The notes under the pieces are model-generated. The model saw only the letters and a list, made by a program, of their open reading frames with translations, was not told the DNA's origin and did not search any database. The position numbers were made by a program, and so were the translations under genes. Shown in pieces: positions 37,615 to 44,931 of a stretch of 64,000 bases of DNA (position 1 is the stretch's first letter; the number at the start of each line of letters is the position of its first letter). Location: the IMG/VR virus record IMGVR_UViG_3300030108_000061, one strand, 5' to 3'. The DNA is from an uncultured virus (IMG/VR IMGVR_UViG_3300030108_000061). Its lineage: Duplodnaviria > Heunggongvirae > Uroviricota > Caudoviricetes.

Positions 37615-38070
37615 CTATTTATAAAACATGCCACCTTTACGCATGTCATTATTCCCAGACTTCATCATACCACCACGTTTCATGTAGCCCATTTTGTTAC
37701 GCACTGCAGTAGGTAGTTTCTTCAAGCCTTTTTGATCTGCTGTGGGTTTTTTTAATGCGCCACCAGCTTGCATCTCAAAAGGAGCTTTTGGCAAAGTAAC
37801 TTTATCTTTCATTTTTTTATCACGAGCTTTTTGCTGCATAGAGCGTCCAGCTTTAGTAGATTCTTCTGCCATTTCATTCTCAACATCTTTTAGTTGACGT
37901 TTCATATTCTTTAATTCAGTTTTTTCTTCTGCAGATAATTTATCTTTACCTTCTAACTTACGTATCTTAGTTTGTAATTTAACCTTTACACCTGCTAAAG
38001 ATTTAGCGGTCATTGTTGTACCTTTACCTGTAATACTAGATACAAGTTCTACTAAACTTTTCTTTCCCAT
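37615..38070 (-). CDS. Lys-rich protein with three MxxGG motifs
   Basis: MQAGG, MKRGG, MRKGG; RBS AAGGA. Confidence 0.7.
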   Translation of the reverse strand: MGKKSLVELVSSITGKGTTMTAKSLAGVKVKLQTKIRKLEGKDKLSAEEKTELKNMKRQLKDVENEMAEESTKAGRSMQQKARDKKMKDKVTLPKAPFEMQAGGALKKPTADQKGLKKLPTAVRNKMGYMKRGGMMKSGNNDMRKGGMFYK

Positions 38071-38089
38071 CAGTTTATTCCTTTATGGT

Positions 38090-38398
38090 TTAACATCTCC
38101 AACGCCTACGAGCCTGTCTCAACCTTGAGTTAGGATCTTTTGCAGCCTTGGGAAACTTTTTCATTTGTCCTGCTGATCTAGCACAAAAAGACTTACGTCT
38201 TTTAGCTCTAGATTTAGAAGGGTTCTTTTCGGTTACAGCAGTCTTAAGTTTAGATCCAGGGTTCTTACGTCTATACGCCCTAACACCTTTCTCTGTCATA
38301 CCTGCACCAGACTTTGTAGAACGTTTATGACCACCTTTAATGGTCAGTCCTTTCATGCCTGTGCCTTTACGTGACTTTTTCCCGCTCTTTGTCGCCAT
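38090..38398 (-). CDS. Basic protein, DUF6321-like
   Basis: NPGSKLK...RRKSFCARS.G......DPNSR...ARRRWRC. Confidence 0.7.
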   Translation of the reverse strand: MATKSGKKSRKGTGMKGLTIKGGHKRSTKSGAGMTEKGVRAYRRKNPGSKLKTAVTEKNPSKSRAKRRKSFCARSAGQMKKFPKAAKDPNSRLRQARRRWRC

Positions 38399-38603
38399 CA
38401 GTCCACCCCTCTGCCCTCATAGCCCACTCTACATGTTCCAAAGTAAACGGTCTGCCATAATAATTCTGTACAGCTTCACGAACATAAAAGACATCACTGT
38501 GGGGAATGTGTAGATTTTCAATGTTATTGTTGAGTACGTGCTTATAGAACTCATCAAGAACATTATCTGTGTATAGTTTTACTGATTTTTTAGGCATTGT
38601 CAA
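38367..38603 (-). CDS. Hypothetical protein, first gene of the late arm (likely start ATG 38597)
   Basis: LHIPHSDVFYVR; overlaps a promoter-like sequence. Confidence 0.55.
   Translation of the reverse strand: MTMPKKSVKLYTDNVLDEFYKHVLNNNIENLHIPHSDVFYVREAVQNYYGRPFTLEHVEWAMRAEGWTDGDKEREKVT
38576..38603 (-). promoter_or_regulatory. Promoter-like element
   Basis: TTGACA-N16-TAAAACTATA. Confidence 0.55.
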
Positions 38604-38609
38604 TACTTA

Positions 38610-39440
38610 TTTATAAAAAATACTAATTTATATCACTTAACATACAGTTTAAGTGTTATCATTGTACGTGATTTAGCTAATGTATTTATAAAGTAAGTTA
38701 ATGTAGCGTTATAAATGTATCATTGTACGTGATACAGTTAAAGTGTAGGCCACCAAAAACTGTTATATATAGTTTTACACATTCTAAGACCCCTGTCAAT
38801 CCCTAAAATACATTTAATCACATTATTGTAACAATTGTAACGTATTGTGATATACATTCTATATGTAAACCACTATATATGTAATGTGGTTAACACTCTA
38901 TTTTTCCAGATCTGTGTGTATACTCATGCACATATCTACGTACCCCCGTGTGGCCCCTGCACGTACGCACACATGACGTGTGTCTGGGCGCATGACAGGC
39001 ACTTGCAGCGCAGGTGAAAGCGCATAATGCGTGACCATCCACCATGCTACAGAAAAACCCTTTACTTTCAGTAACATATTAACCACCGACAACTGTTATG
39101 CAATCAGTTGCCATGCTAAAGCATGAAAAAAAGGGTGGGATTTTCACGGTGGGGCTGTGTTGTAAGGCCGATGCACAAACTACTACACCCCTACGGGGTG
39201 GGGTGTCCAATGTTGGACAGTAGAACAAACAGTGAACTAGCCTCACGAGTTTCGCGCACGAACTGCGGTATCGAAGATACCTGTAGTCACACGGGAAACG
39301 GCAAGCGCAGAGGATCGCGTGAGGTCACTTTCAACAACTCTATCTACTAATGTTACACAGATAATTTCTATCTCTCCCTTTAGGGTGAGAGAGATATAAA
39401 TTCTCTTAAGTGTAACAGTAGATAGAGAAAGGGCCAAACC
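38610..39440. other. Non-coding divergence region; candidate genome termini/origin
   Basis: Gene orientation switches here; AT-rich repeat block followed by a GC-richer block; no convincing ORF. Confidence 0.6.
38772..38799 (-). promoter_or_regulatory. Promoter for the late arm
   Basis: TTGACA-N16-TAAAACTATA in the intergenic region. Confidence 0.7.
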
Positions 39441-40040
39441 ATGGCAAACTCAACAGCAAAACCACAAGTTGAAGGTACTTCAATCAAAGCTGATCAGGAT
39501 GAAGGCAAAGCCTTGTTACGGATTTGGAACCAGACTAACAGTCTGAAGAACACCATAAAACCTAACGGTTTTGATACTAGGCTGGGTAAACTTCTTCAGA
39601 AGTTGAAGGCTCAGTCACCACTAGATAGTGGTCAGATTAGCCGCCAGACTTTGACAACATACCATGTTGACAAGATTGATCGTCGTAGACGGTCTGAGGC
39701 TCTGTGGTTCGTTGAAAACGAAGTTGAGATCCGTGACTTCATCAAAGCCTCTGGCTTCAAAGGTTCATCCCTCACAGCTTTACAAGCTGCAATGCGTAAA
39801 GCTGCCAAAGGCAGTGAGCCACAAGCTGAACAACCTGCTAAAGCAGAACCGTCCAATGTTGGACAATCTGAACCTACAGAACAGCCAAAGGCTGAACGCC
39901 CTAAGATCACCCAGAGTGTAATGGTAAATACCATTGTTAAGCAAGCTCATCTTAATAACCTTGATCTCGAAGAGATTGTTCTTGATCTCATGGCGGTTCT
40001 TGAGAACCGTCAAAAGGGTAATGCAAAGGCGGCAGCATGA
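39441..40040 (+). CDS. First early protein, unknown function
   Basis: 199 aa; IDRRRRSEALWF; ends AKAAA. Confidence 0.75.
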   Translation: MANSTAKPQVEGTSIKADQDEGKALLRIWNQTNSLKNTIKPNGFDTRLGKLLQKLKAQSPLDSGQISRQTLTTYHVDKIDRRRRSEALWFVENEVEIRDFIKASGFKGSSLTALQAAMRKAAKGSEPQAEQPAKAEPSNVGQSEPTEQPKAERPKITQSVMVNTIVKQAHLNNLDLEEIVLDLMAVLENRQKGNAKAAA

Positions 40041-40276
40041 TCCACCGTCACACACATCAAACCAGTGTTAGGTATCTTATACCTAGCACTAAACGTGGCC
40101 TTGCACAGTGGCAGCTTGATGCAGCTACTGAACAATTCTATGAATTGGCTGCGCAGGAAACAAACCGTCCAATATTGGACACTTTGAATGAGATCACCAG
40201 ATCGCCTGAAGAAATGTACAGACGATCACCTACACTTGTTCATGACAGTGGATGGAAGGACGTAAGCAATGAATAA
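40037..40276 (+). CDS. Early hypothetical protein
   Basis: ATGA overlap with the upstream stop. Confidence 0.55.
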   Translation: MIHRHTHQTSVRYLIPSTKRGLAQWQLDAATEQFYELAAQETNRPILDTLNEITRSPEEMYRRSPTLVHDSGWKDVSNE

Positions 40277-40421
40277 AACATTATATGTTGTTATTGTGCT
40301 TGATAATAATGAGCCTTACGTATGGGCTGATTATCTAAGCATAGATGATGCCAATTGTTCAGCTATGGAAGCTGCCCATGAAACAGGTTTTAACTGTATA
40401 GTTAGAACAGTTAATATATAA
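40269..40421 (+). CDS. Early hypothetical protein, 50 aa (not in ORF track)
   Basis: RBS AAGGA; MNKTLYVVIVLDNNEPYVWADY... Confidence 0.5.
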   Translation: MNKTLYVVIVLDNNEPYVWADYLSIDDANCSAMEAAHETGFNCIVRTVNI

Positions 40422-40434
40422 TTGAGGATGTAAC

Positions 40435-40566
40435 ATGACTAGACGTGAGATCAAACGTATGAACCGTAACCGAGCCATAGGCTGGTTCTTCTTAGGTGTA
40501 AGCTGGACTGCTTTTGCCATCTTATTAGCCTCAATGCCGATGATTTACGAATTAATTGTCTTATAG
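40435..40566 (+). CDS. Early single-TM protein, 43 aa (not in ORF track)
   Basis: RBS GAGG; basic N-terminus then a hydrophobic stretch. Confidence 0.55.
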   Translation: MTRREIKRMNRNRAIGWFFLGVSWTAFAILLASMPMIYELIVL

Positions 40567-40605
40567 TTATATAACACTTGACTATTTATGAAAGTGTTAT
40601 ATAAC
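40566..40605 (+). promoter_or_regulatory. Promoter embedded in a 14-bp inverted repeat
   Basis: GTTATATAACACTT-N12-AAGTGTTATATAAC containing TTGACT-N16-TATAAC. Confidence 0.6.
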
Positions 40606-40635
40606 ATATATAGACATTAACAATGGAGTTTTGAA

Positions 40636-40905
40636 ATGATTAGCCGATTTGACGTAGTTTTTCAAGAATACAGTGATGCCTACAAATCGTATCACGGTGT
40701 TCGTCCTCGTATTTGGAACGCAAGTTCCATCGAAGAAATGGAGGAATGGACTAATCGTTATTACGATTGGATCGCAGAAGATCTGGCACAAGAACGTGCC
40801 GATGAGGATGCAAGCATAAATGCTTGTATGGAAGCTGGTGCACCTGACATAGACACTGCAATGCGGTGGCTTGAAGATGCCAATATCCACTCACAGTGGG
40901 TTTAA
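40636..40905 (+). CDS. Early hypothetical protein
   Basis: YSDAYKS.HGVRPR motif and GAPDIDTAMRWL; RBS GGAG. Confidence 0.75.
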   Translation: MISRFDVVFQEYSDAYKSYHGVRPRIWNASSIEEMEEWTNRYYDWIAEDLAQERADEDASINACMEAGAPDIDTAMRWLEDANIHSQWV

Positions 40906-40947
40906 TTAAAACCGTCCAATGTTGGACACTTTACAAGGAACTTGTAG

Positions 40948-41634
40948 ATGACTTACCAAGTACATACCACAATCAAATCTAATAACCGTAAGGTTGGCAA
41001 GATACCTGTGACCACTACAAGTGCAGCTACCTGCCCTGATGCTTGCCCTTTTAACAATGCAAACGAAGGTGGTTGCTATGCAAATGGTGGGCCACTTGCT
41101 ATGCACTGGGCAAAGGTAACACGTGGTGAACGTGGTGATGGTTGGCATACTTTTATTGCCAAGGTTACTACCTTCAAGGACGGTCAGTTGTGGCGTCACA
41201 ACCAAGCAGGTGATCTGGCAGGTGATGGCAAACGTCTAGATGCCAAAGCAAACGATCAGCTTGCTGATGCCAACACTGGCAAACGTGGCTTCACCTATAC
41301 TCACTATCCTGTATTGACTAGCAAGCATAATGCAAAGGTAGTCAAACGCATGAATGAGAAAGGTTTTGTGGTCAATCTGTCAGCCAACAATGTTAAACAT
41401 GCAGATGCACTGTATGACTTGGGCATTGGACCTGTAGCAACTGTGTTGCCAGAAACACAAACCACCAATACCACTACACCTAAAGGTCGTAAGGTAATTG
41501 TTTGCCCTGCCACAGTCAAAGACGATGTGTCATGTGCAACATGTCAACTGTGTGCTAGGAAACGTGATGCAATCATTGGCTTCCCTGCACATGGATCAAG
41601 TAAACGCAAAGCTGATAAGGTAGCAGCAGCATGA
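40948..41634 (+). CDS. Conserved Cys-rich early protein (Gp88-like)
   Basis: TCPDACPF...GCYA, WRHNQAGD, FTYTH and CPA......CATCQLC motifs. Confidence 0.7.
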   Translation: MTYQVHTTIKSNNRKVGKIPVTTTSAATCPDACPFNNANEGGCYANGGPLAMHWAKVTRGERGDGWHTFIAKVTTFKDGQLWRHNQAGDLAGDGKRLDAKANDQLADANTGKRGFTYTHYPVLTSKHNAKVVKRMNEKGFVVNLSANNVKHADALYDLGIGPVATVLPETQTTNTTTPKGRKVIVCPATVKDDVSCATCQLCARKRDAIIGFPAHGSSKRKADKVAAA

Positions 41635-41786
41635 AACAAACTGTAACATATCGTAATCCTGTGGCTAAAGCCATGCTACAGGAACGCAAGTCGCCACAGG
41701 TCGTGCCACCCAAAAAGGGTGGTAAGGCTAAACGTAACCGCAAACAGGAGAAACTACATGCGATACGAGATCAAGAACTTCGTTAA
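41631..41786 (+). CDS. Small basic protein, 51 aa, weakly ArfA-like (not in ORF track)
   Basis: RNPVAKAML....PQVVPPKKGGKAKRNRK; ATGA coupled to the upstream gene. Confidence 0.55.
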   Translation: MKQTVTYRNPVAKAMLQERKSPQVVPPKKGGKAKRNRKQEKLHAIRDQELR

Positions 41787-41901
41787 GTTTACTAAACGAA
41801 AAGTGTCCAATGTTGGACAGAAACCCAAACGTGACGATTGGAAACGTAATCGTAAGATCGCACGTCAAACTAAAATTAACCTTCGTAAATCAGTAGCGTA
41901 A
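41758..41901 (+). CDS. Small basic early protein
   Basis: RBS AGGAG before ATG 41758. Confidence 0.55.
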   Translation: MRYEIKNFVKFTKRKVSNVGQKPKRDDWKRNRKIARQTKINLRKSVA

Positions 41902-41915
41902 AAGGAGCTATCAAA

Positions 41916-42257
41916 ATGACAAACTCAAACGACATCATTGCACCCAAAGTAAAAGCAGCCCACCCAGAACTGTATGCAGAGCATACGTTTCACATGAAGA
42001 AAGCTGTATCTTACACATACAATTACACTGTAATTGATGAGGTGATCCTTGAGTGTTGGGATGAAATGACAATGGCAGAGATAGCATTTGCGCTAAACGA
42101 ATACCCTAATCGTATTGAATATCGTGTGCAAGTTCTTAAGACCCTTGGCATGATTAAGGGCAAGTACAATATGGAACGTGCCAATCTAAAACGTCAACGT
42201 AAAGAGGCTGTTACATGGCTAAAAGATATTGACAGTAAACTGGCACAGTGTTCATAG
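41916..42257 (+). CDS. Putative HTH protein
   Basis: MTMAEIAFALNEYPNRIEYRVQVL resembles a helix-turn-helix; RBS AAGGAG. Confidence 0.55.
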   Translation: MTNSNDIIAPKVKAAHPELYAEHTFHMKKAVSYTYNYTVIDEVILECWDEMTMAEIAFALNEYPNRIEYRVQVLKTLGMIKGKYNMERANLKRQRKEAVTWLKDIDSKLAQCS

Positions 42258-42420
42258 CCTTAGCTGGAATTGTTGCATACCTGTTGGTGCTCCTTACCGT
42301 TGGTAGTGGATCATCAGCAGGTTTTAATATAAAACAAATAGACGCAATGGATTTATGGATAATTTACTTTCAAGTAATTATCATAGTACAAGTATTGCGT
42401 TATCTGAAAGGTAAAATGTA

Positions 42421-42621
42421 ATGCACGGAATGAACATGAATAATATTGTTTTACATCATGGTGATAGAGTTATATCTATTGCTCAACACAAAGACGAATC
42501 GGGTACGGTTGTATGCTCCGAAATGCTTGACATAACGGATGGGTATGATAAAGATCCAATACAATTTGTCGATTCGACCAAGTCTTTTTTAGATGCTTTA
42601 GAGGAGATCATGTTAACATGA
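42421..42621 (+). CDS. Early hypothetical protein
   Basis: ORF coupled to the downstream gene. Confidence 0.55.
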   Translation: MHGMNMNNIVLHHGDRVISIAQHKDESGTVVCSEMLDITDGYDKDPIQFVDSTKSFLDALEEIMLT

Positions 42622-42992
42622 GAGTAGAAGTATACTTCAACCTACACAAACACACATTTTCTATTCGTTCTTGTAAGACAGGCAAGGTAATGTGTCATGC
42701 TGATCGTGTGCACATCAAAGACCCTGAGTTTGTGGTACGTCAATCAGGACGTGAACGTGTGTTACGTGAAGGCAAGAAGAATGTTCATGCCTTTGTACGT
42801 GGTGAGGCTACGTGCTTCACAGACTTTGAGTACGAAAAGTGTCCAACATTGGACAGTATTCGATACAATCCCTACAAATATGCAGGTTTCGTAAGAATGC
42901 CTGACGAAAAACTAGTACACAGTGCTGATCGTGCATATATGCAGGTCAGTGATGGTAGACCATCTATACATGCAAAAGGAGTAAACGATTGA
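42618..42992 (+). CDS. Conserved phage hypothetical protein
   Basis: VYFNLHK..FS, GRERVLREGKKNVHAFV.G and YNPYK motifs. Confidence 0.75.
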   Translation: MRVEVYFNLHKHTFSIRSCKTGKVMCHADRVHIKDPEFVVRQSGRERVLREGKKNVHAFVRGEATCFTDFEYEKCPTLDSIRYNPYKYAGFVRMPDEKLVHSADRAYMQVSDGRPSIHAKGVND

Positions 42993-43225
42993 CGATTAAA
43001 TCATACGAGATTACTTTACGGATTAATGGTATGGATAGTAGTATCACATTAGATGATACCTTTCCTTCCGTTGAAGATTGGATAAGTGCTTGCAACATGG
43101 CAGTGCTTATGGCAAAGCATGTGCACCCAAGCAAAGAGATAGAGTTTGTCTCTTGCTCAGAGTACATTGACGATATATACGAGGACTTTGATTACATTGC
43201 CCCTGCCTCATTCACAATACATTAA
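42989..43225 (+). CDS. Early hypothetical protein (TTG start)
   Basis: RBS AAGGAG upstream. Confidence 0.55.
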   Translation: MTIKSYEITLRINGMDSSITLDDTFPSVEDWISACNMAVLMAKHVHPSKEIEFVSCSEYIDDIYEDFDYIAPASFTIH

Positions 43226-43236
43226 GGAGAATACCT

Positions 43237-43596
43237 ATGGAAGCTAAGATTAAACTAACTAAGACGATGCTAGACAAGAGCATTATAGATGCCAACAAAA
43301 CTGTGCAAAAGTTTTTGCTAGAAGATTTTGGAATGGATTATAATAATCAGTTCTTTGTTGATCGCAATAAATTTATTATAACTGGTGAATATGGTGATGG
43401 CACAGAGGCCAATGTCACCTTCTATCGCACTGGCACACGTGGAGACAAACGTATCAGCATACAAAAGTTAAAACAGTATGCCGATGTAGGTGATGAGGTA
43501 AGTCTATCATCTGACAGTGAGGATGTTCTAGGTGGTGATGGGATGCGGATCTTTATCCAAGTTCATAGGCCACTGGAAAATGACGATGCTGCTTAG
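43237..43596 (+). CDS. Small protein resembling a stand-alone DNA-recognition domain of restriction-enzyme-like proteins
   Basis: LTKTMLDKSIIDA...FYR..TRGDKRI...LKQYA..GD; RBS AAGGAG. Confidence 0.5.
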   Translation: MEAKIKLTKTMLDKSIIDANKTVQKFLLEDFGMDYNNQFFVDRNKFIITGEYGDGTEANVTFYRTGTRGDKRISIQKLKQYADVGDEVSLSSDSEDVLGGDGMRIFIQVHRPLENDDAA

Positions 43597-43981
43597 TGCA
43601 GCTTTGACATGTCTGGCGTTGAATATTTATCACGAGGCACGTAATGATACAGACACAGGTCAATATGCTGTAGCACACGTGGTGTTGAATCGTGTGCAGC
43701 ATGACAGATGGCCTGACGATGTGTGCAAGGTTGTCAAACAAGGCTATCACAAAGGCAAGCACAAGTGTCAGTTCAGTTGGTATTGTGACGGTAAGTCAGA
43801 CAAGCCTTATGAGGAAGTGTCTTGGGCAAAGGCTATACTTGTGGCTAATGATGTATTGTCAGGTATAGCTGACGATGTGACACATGGTGCTACGCACTAT
43901 CATGCACGATATGTCAAGCCCTATTGGGCTAAACACTTGACTAAAACTGTGGCTATTGGGTCACACATATACTATAAATAG
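43532..43981 (+). CDS. SleB-like cell wall hydrolase (Hydrolase_2); true start probably near 43580-43586
   Basis: CLALNIYHEAR, VAHVVLNRV, CQFSWYCDG, GATHYHA.YV.PYW and HIYY motifs. Confidence 0.9.
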   Translation: MVMGCGSLSKFIGHWKMTMLLSAALTCLALNIYHEARNDTDTGQYAVAHVVLNRVQHDRWPDDVCKVVKQGYHKGKHKCQFSWYCDGKSDKPYEEVSWAKAILVANDVLSGIADDVTHGATHYHARYVKPYWAKHLTKTVAIGSHIYYK

Positions 43982-44061
43982 CTTATCGTTACTAGTATAG
44001 GGATGATAGGTGTGATATAACACGGCATCAGTTGCCATAATCAAATGAAAAGGAGATCAAT

Positions 44062-44931
44062 ATGCCATTTGATATTACAAATTTTGACAATTCAAACAGT
44101 AAACCTTTCGATGTTCCACACTATCTGGACTTCCCTGTGGAGTTTGAACCCACTAAAGTGAAGGACAAGAAGTATGTTATCAACGGAGAGACAGGCGACT
44201 ACCTTGGTGTAGTCGGTGATAAGTTTACCTGTGCATCACATGGTGACTTCTATCGTGGTGTCTATGACACAATCACTGAAAACCTAATGCCAGAAGAGAT
44301 GATGAATGCACAGTTTACGTGGCGGTCTGCCCGTAACAATGCGTGGTCTATGTTAGACATCTCATTACCTGATATGCAGGTAGAGATTAGCACAGATAAT
44401 CATACAACTACGTTGGGCAATCGTATCATCTCATTACATGGTATTGATGGATCATGCAGCAATCAAGCATTCTTTGGTGCTATTGATTACTTTTGTACCA
44501 ATGGGCAGATCCGTGGTGAGTACGACAAAGTGCGTAAGAAGAATACATCCAACTTTACACTGGATGGTTTTATCTACGAACTAAGACGTGCGAGAACTGA
44601 CTTCTATGAAGAGACTGCCAAGATGCAGGTGTGGGCGCAGACTTCCACAAAGTATGTGGACATACAGTCTTTGCTTGAGGAGATGATTTCTTCCAAACGT
44701 AAGGCAGAGAAAATGTTTAGTCTGTACTGTGCAGAGGCAAGCACACGTGGTCACAACAAGTGGGCATTGTATTCTGCCTTTACCAACTATGCCAGCTATG
44801 CTGATGAACGTAACGGGTTTAACCTGCGCAACACTGGCAATGATACACGTGCTATCAGCATGTTCAGCCGTGAGCAAGAGGTAAGCAAGTGGGTATCGGA
44901 TGATCGTTTCATCCAGTTGGAAGCTGCTTAA
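44062..44931 (+). CDS. DUF932-family protein
   Basis: LGVVG..F....H, HGIDGS, FCTNG and WALYSAFTNYAS motifs. Confidence 0.7.
   Translation: MPFDITNFDNSNSKPFDVPHYLDFPVEFEPTKVKDKKYVINGETGDYLGVVGDKFTCASHGDFYRGVYDTITENLMPEEMMNAQFTWRSARNNAWSMLDISLPDMQVEISTDNHTTTLGNRIISLHGIDGSCSNQAFFGAIDYFCTNGQIRGEYDKVRKKNTSNFTLDGFIYELRRARTDFYEETAKMQVWAQTSTKYVDIQSLLEEMISSKRKAEKMFSLYCAEASTRGHNKWALYSAFTNYASYADERNGFNLRNTGNDTRAISMFSREQEVSKWVSDDRFIQLEAA

Larger units (their letters stand above)
39205..42854. repeat. Six dispersed copies of the palindrome GTCCAA-NN-TTGGAC
   Basis: 39205-39218, 39851-39864, 40167-40180, 40914-40927, 41805-41818, 42841-42854. Confidence 0.92.

Noticed and set aside
38898..39437. Three 64-75 aa ORFs in the divergence region
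   Set aside because: No RBS or motifs, atypical composition, and they overlap repeat and hairpin elements
39205..42854. CRISPR array or mini-array interpretation of the palindromic repeats
   Set aside because: Repeats are 14-24 bp, irregularly spaced by hundreds of bases and mostly inside genes; the Cas4-like nuclease is a normal phage replication gene
39103..44038. ATCAGTTGCCAT repeated at 39103 and 44027 as possible integrase arm sites
   Set aside because: A single 12-mer pair is expected by chance in 64 kb and has no supporting context
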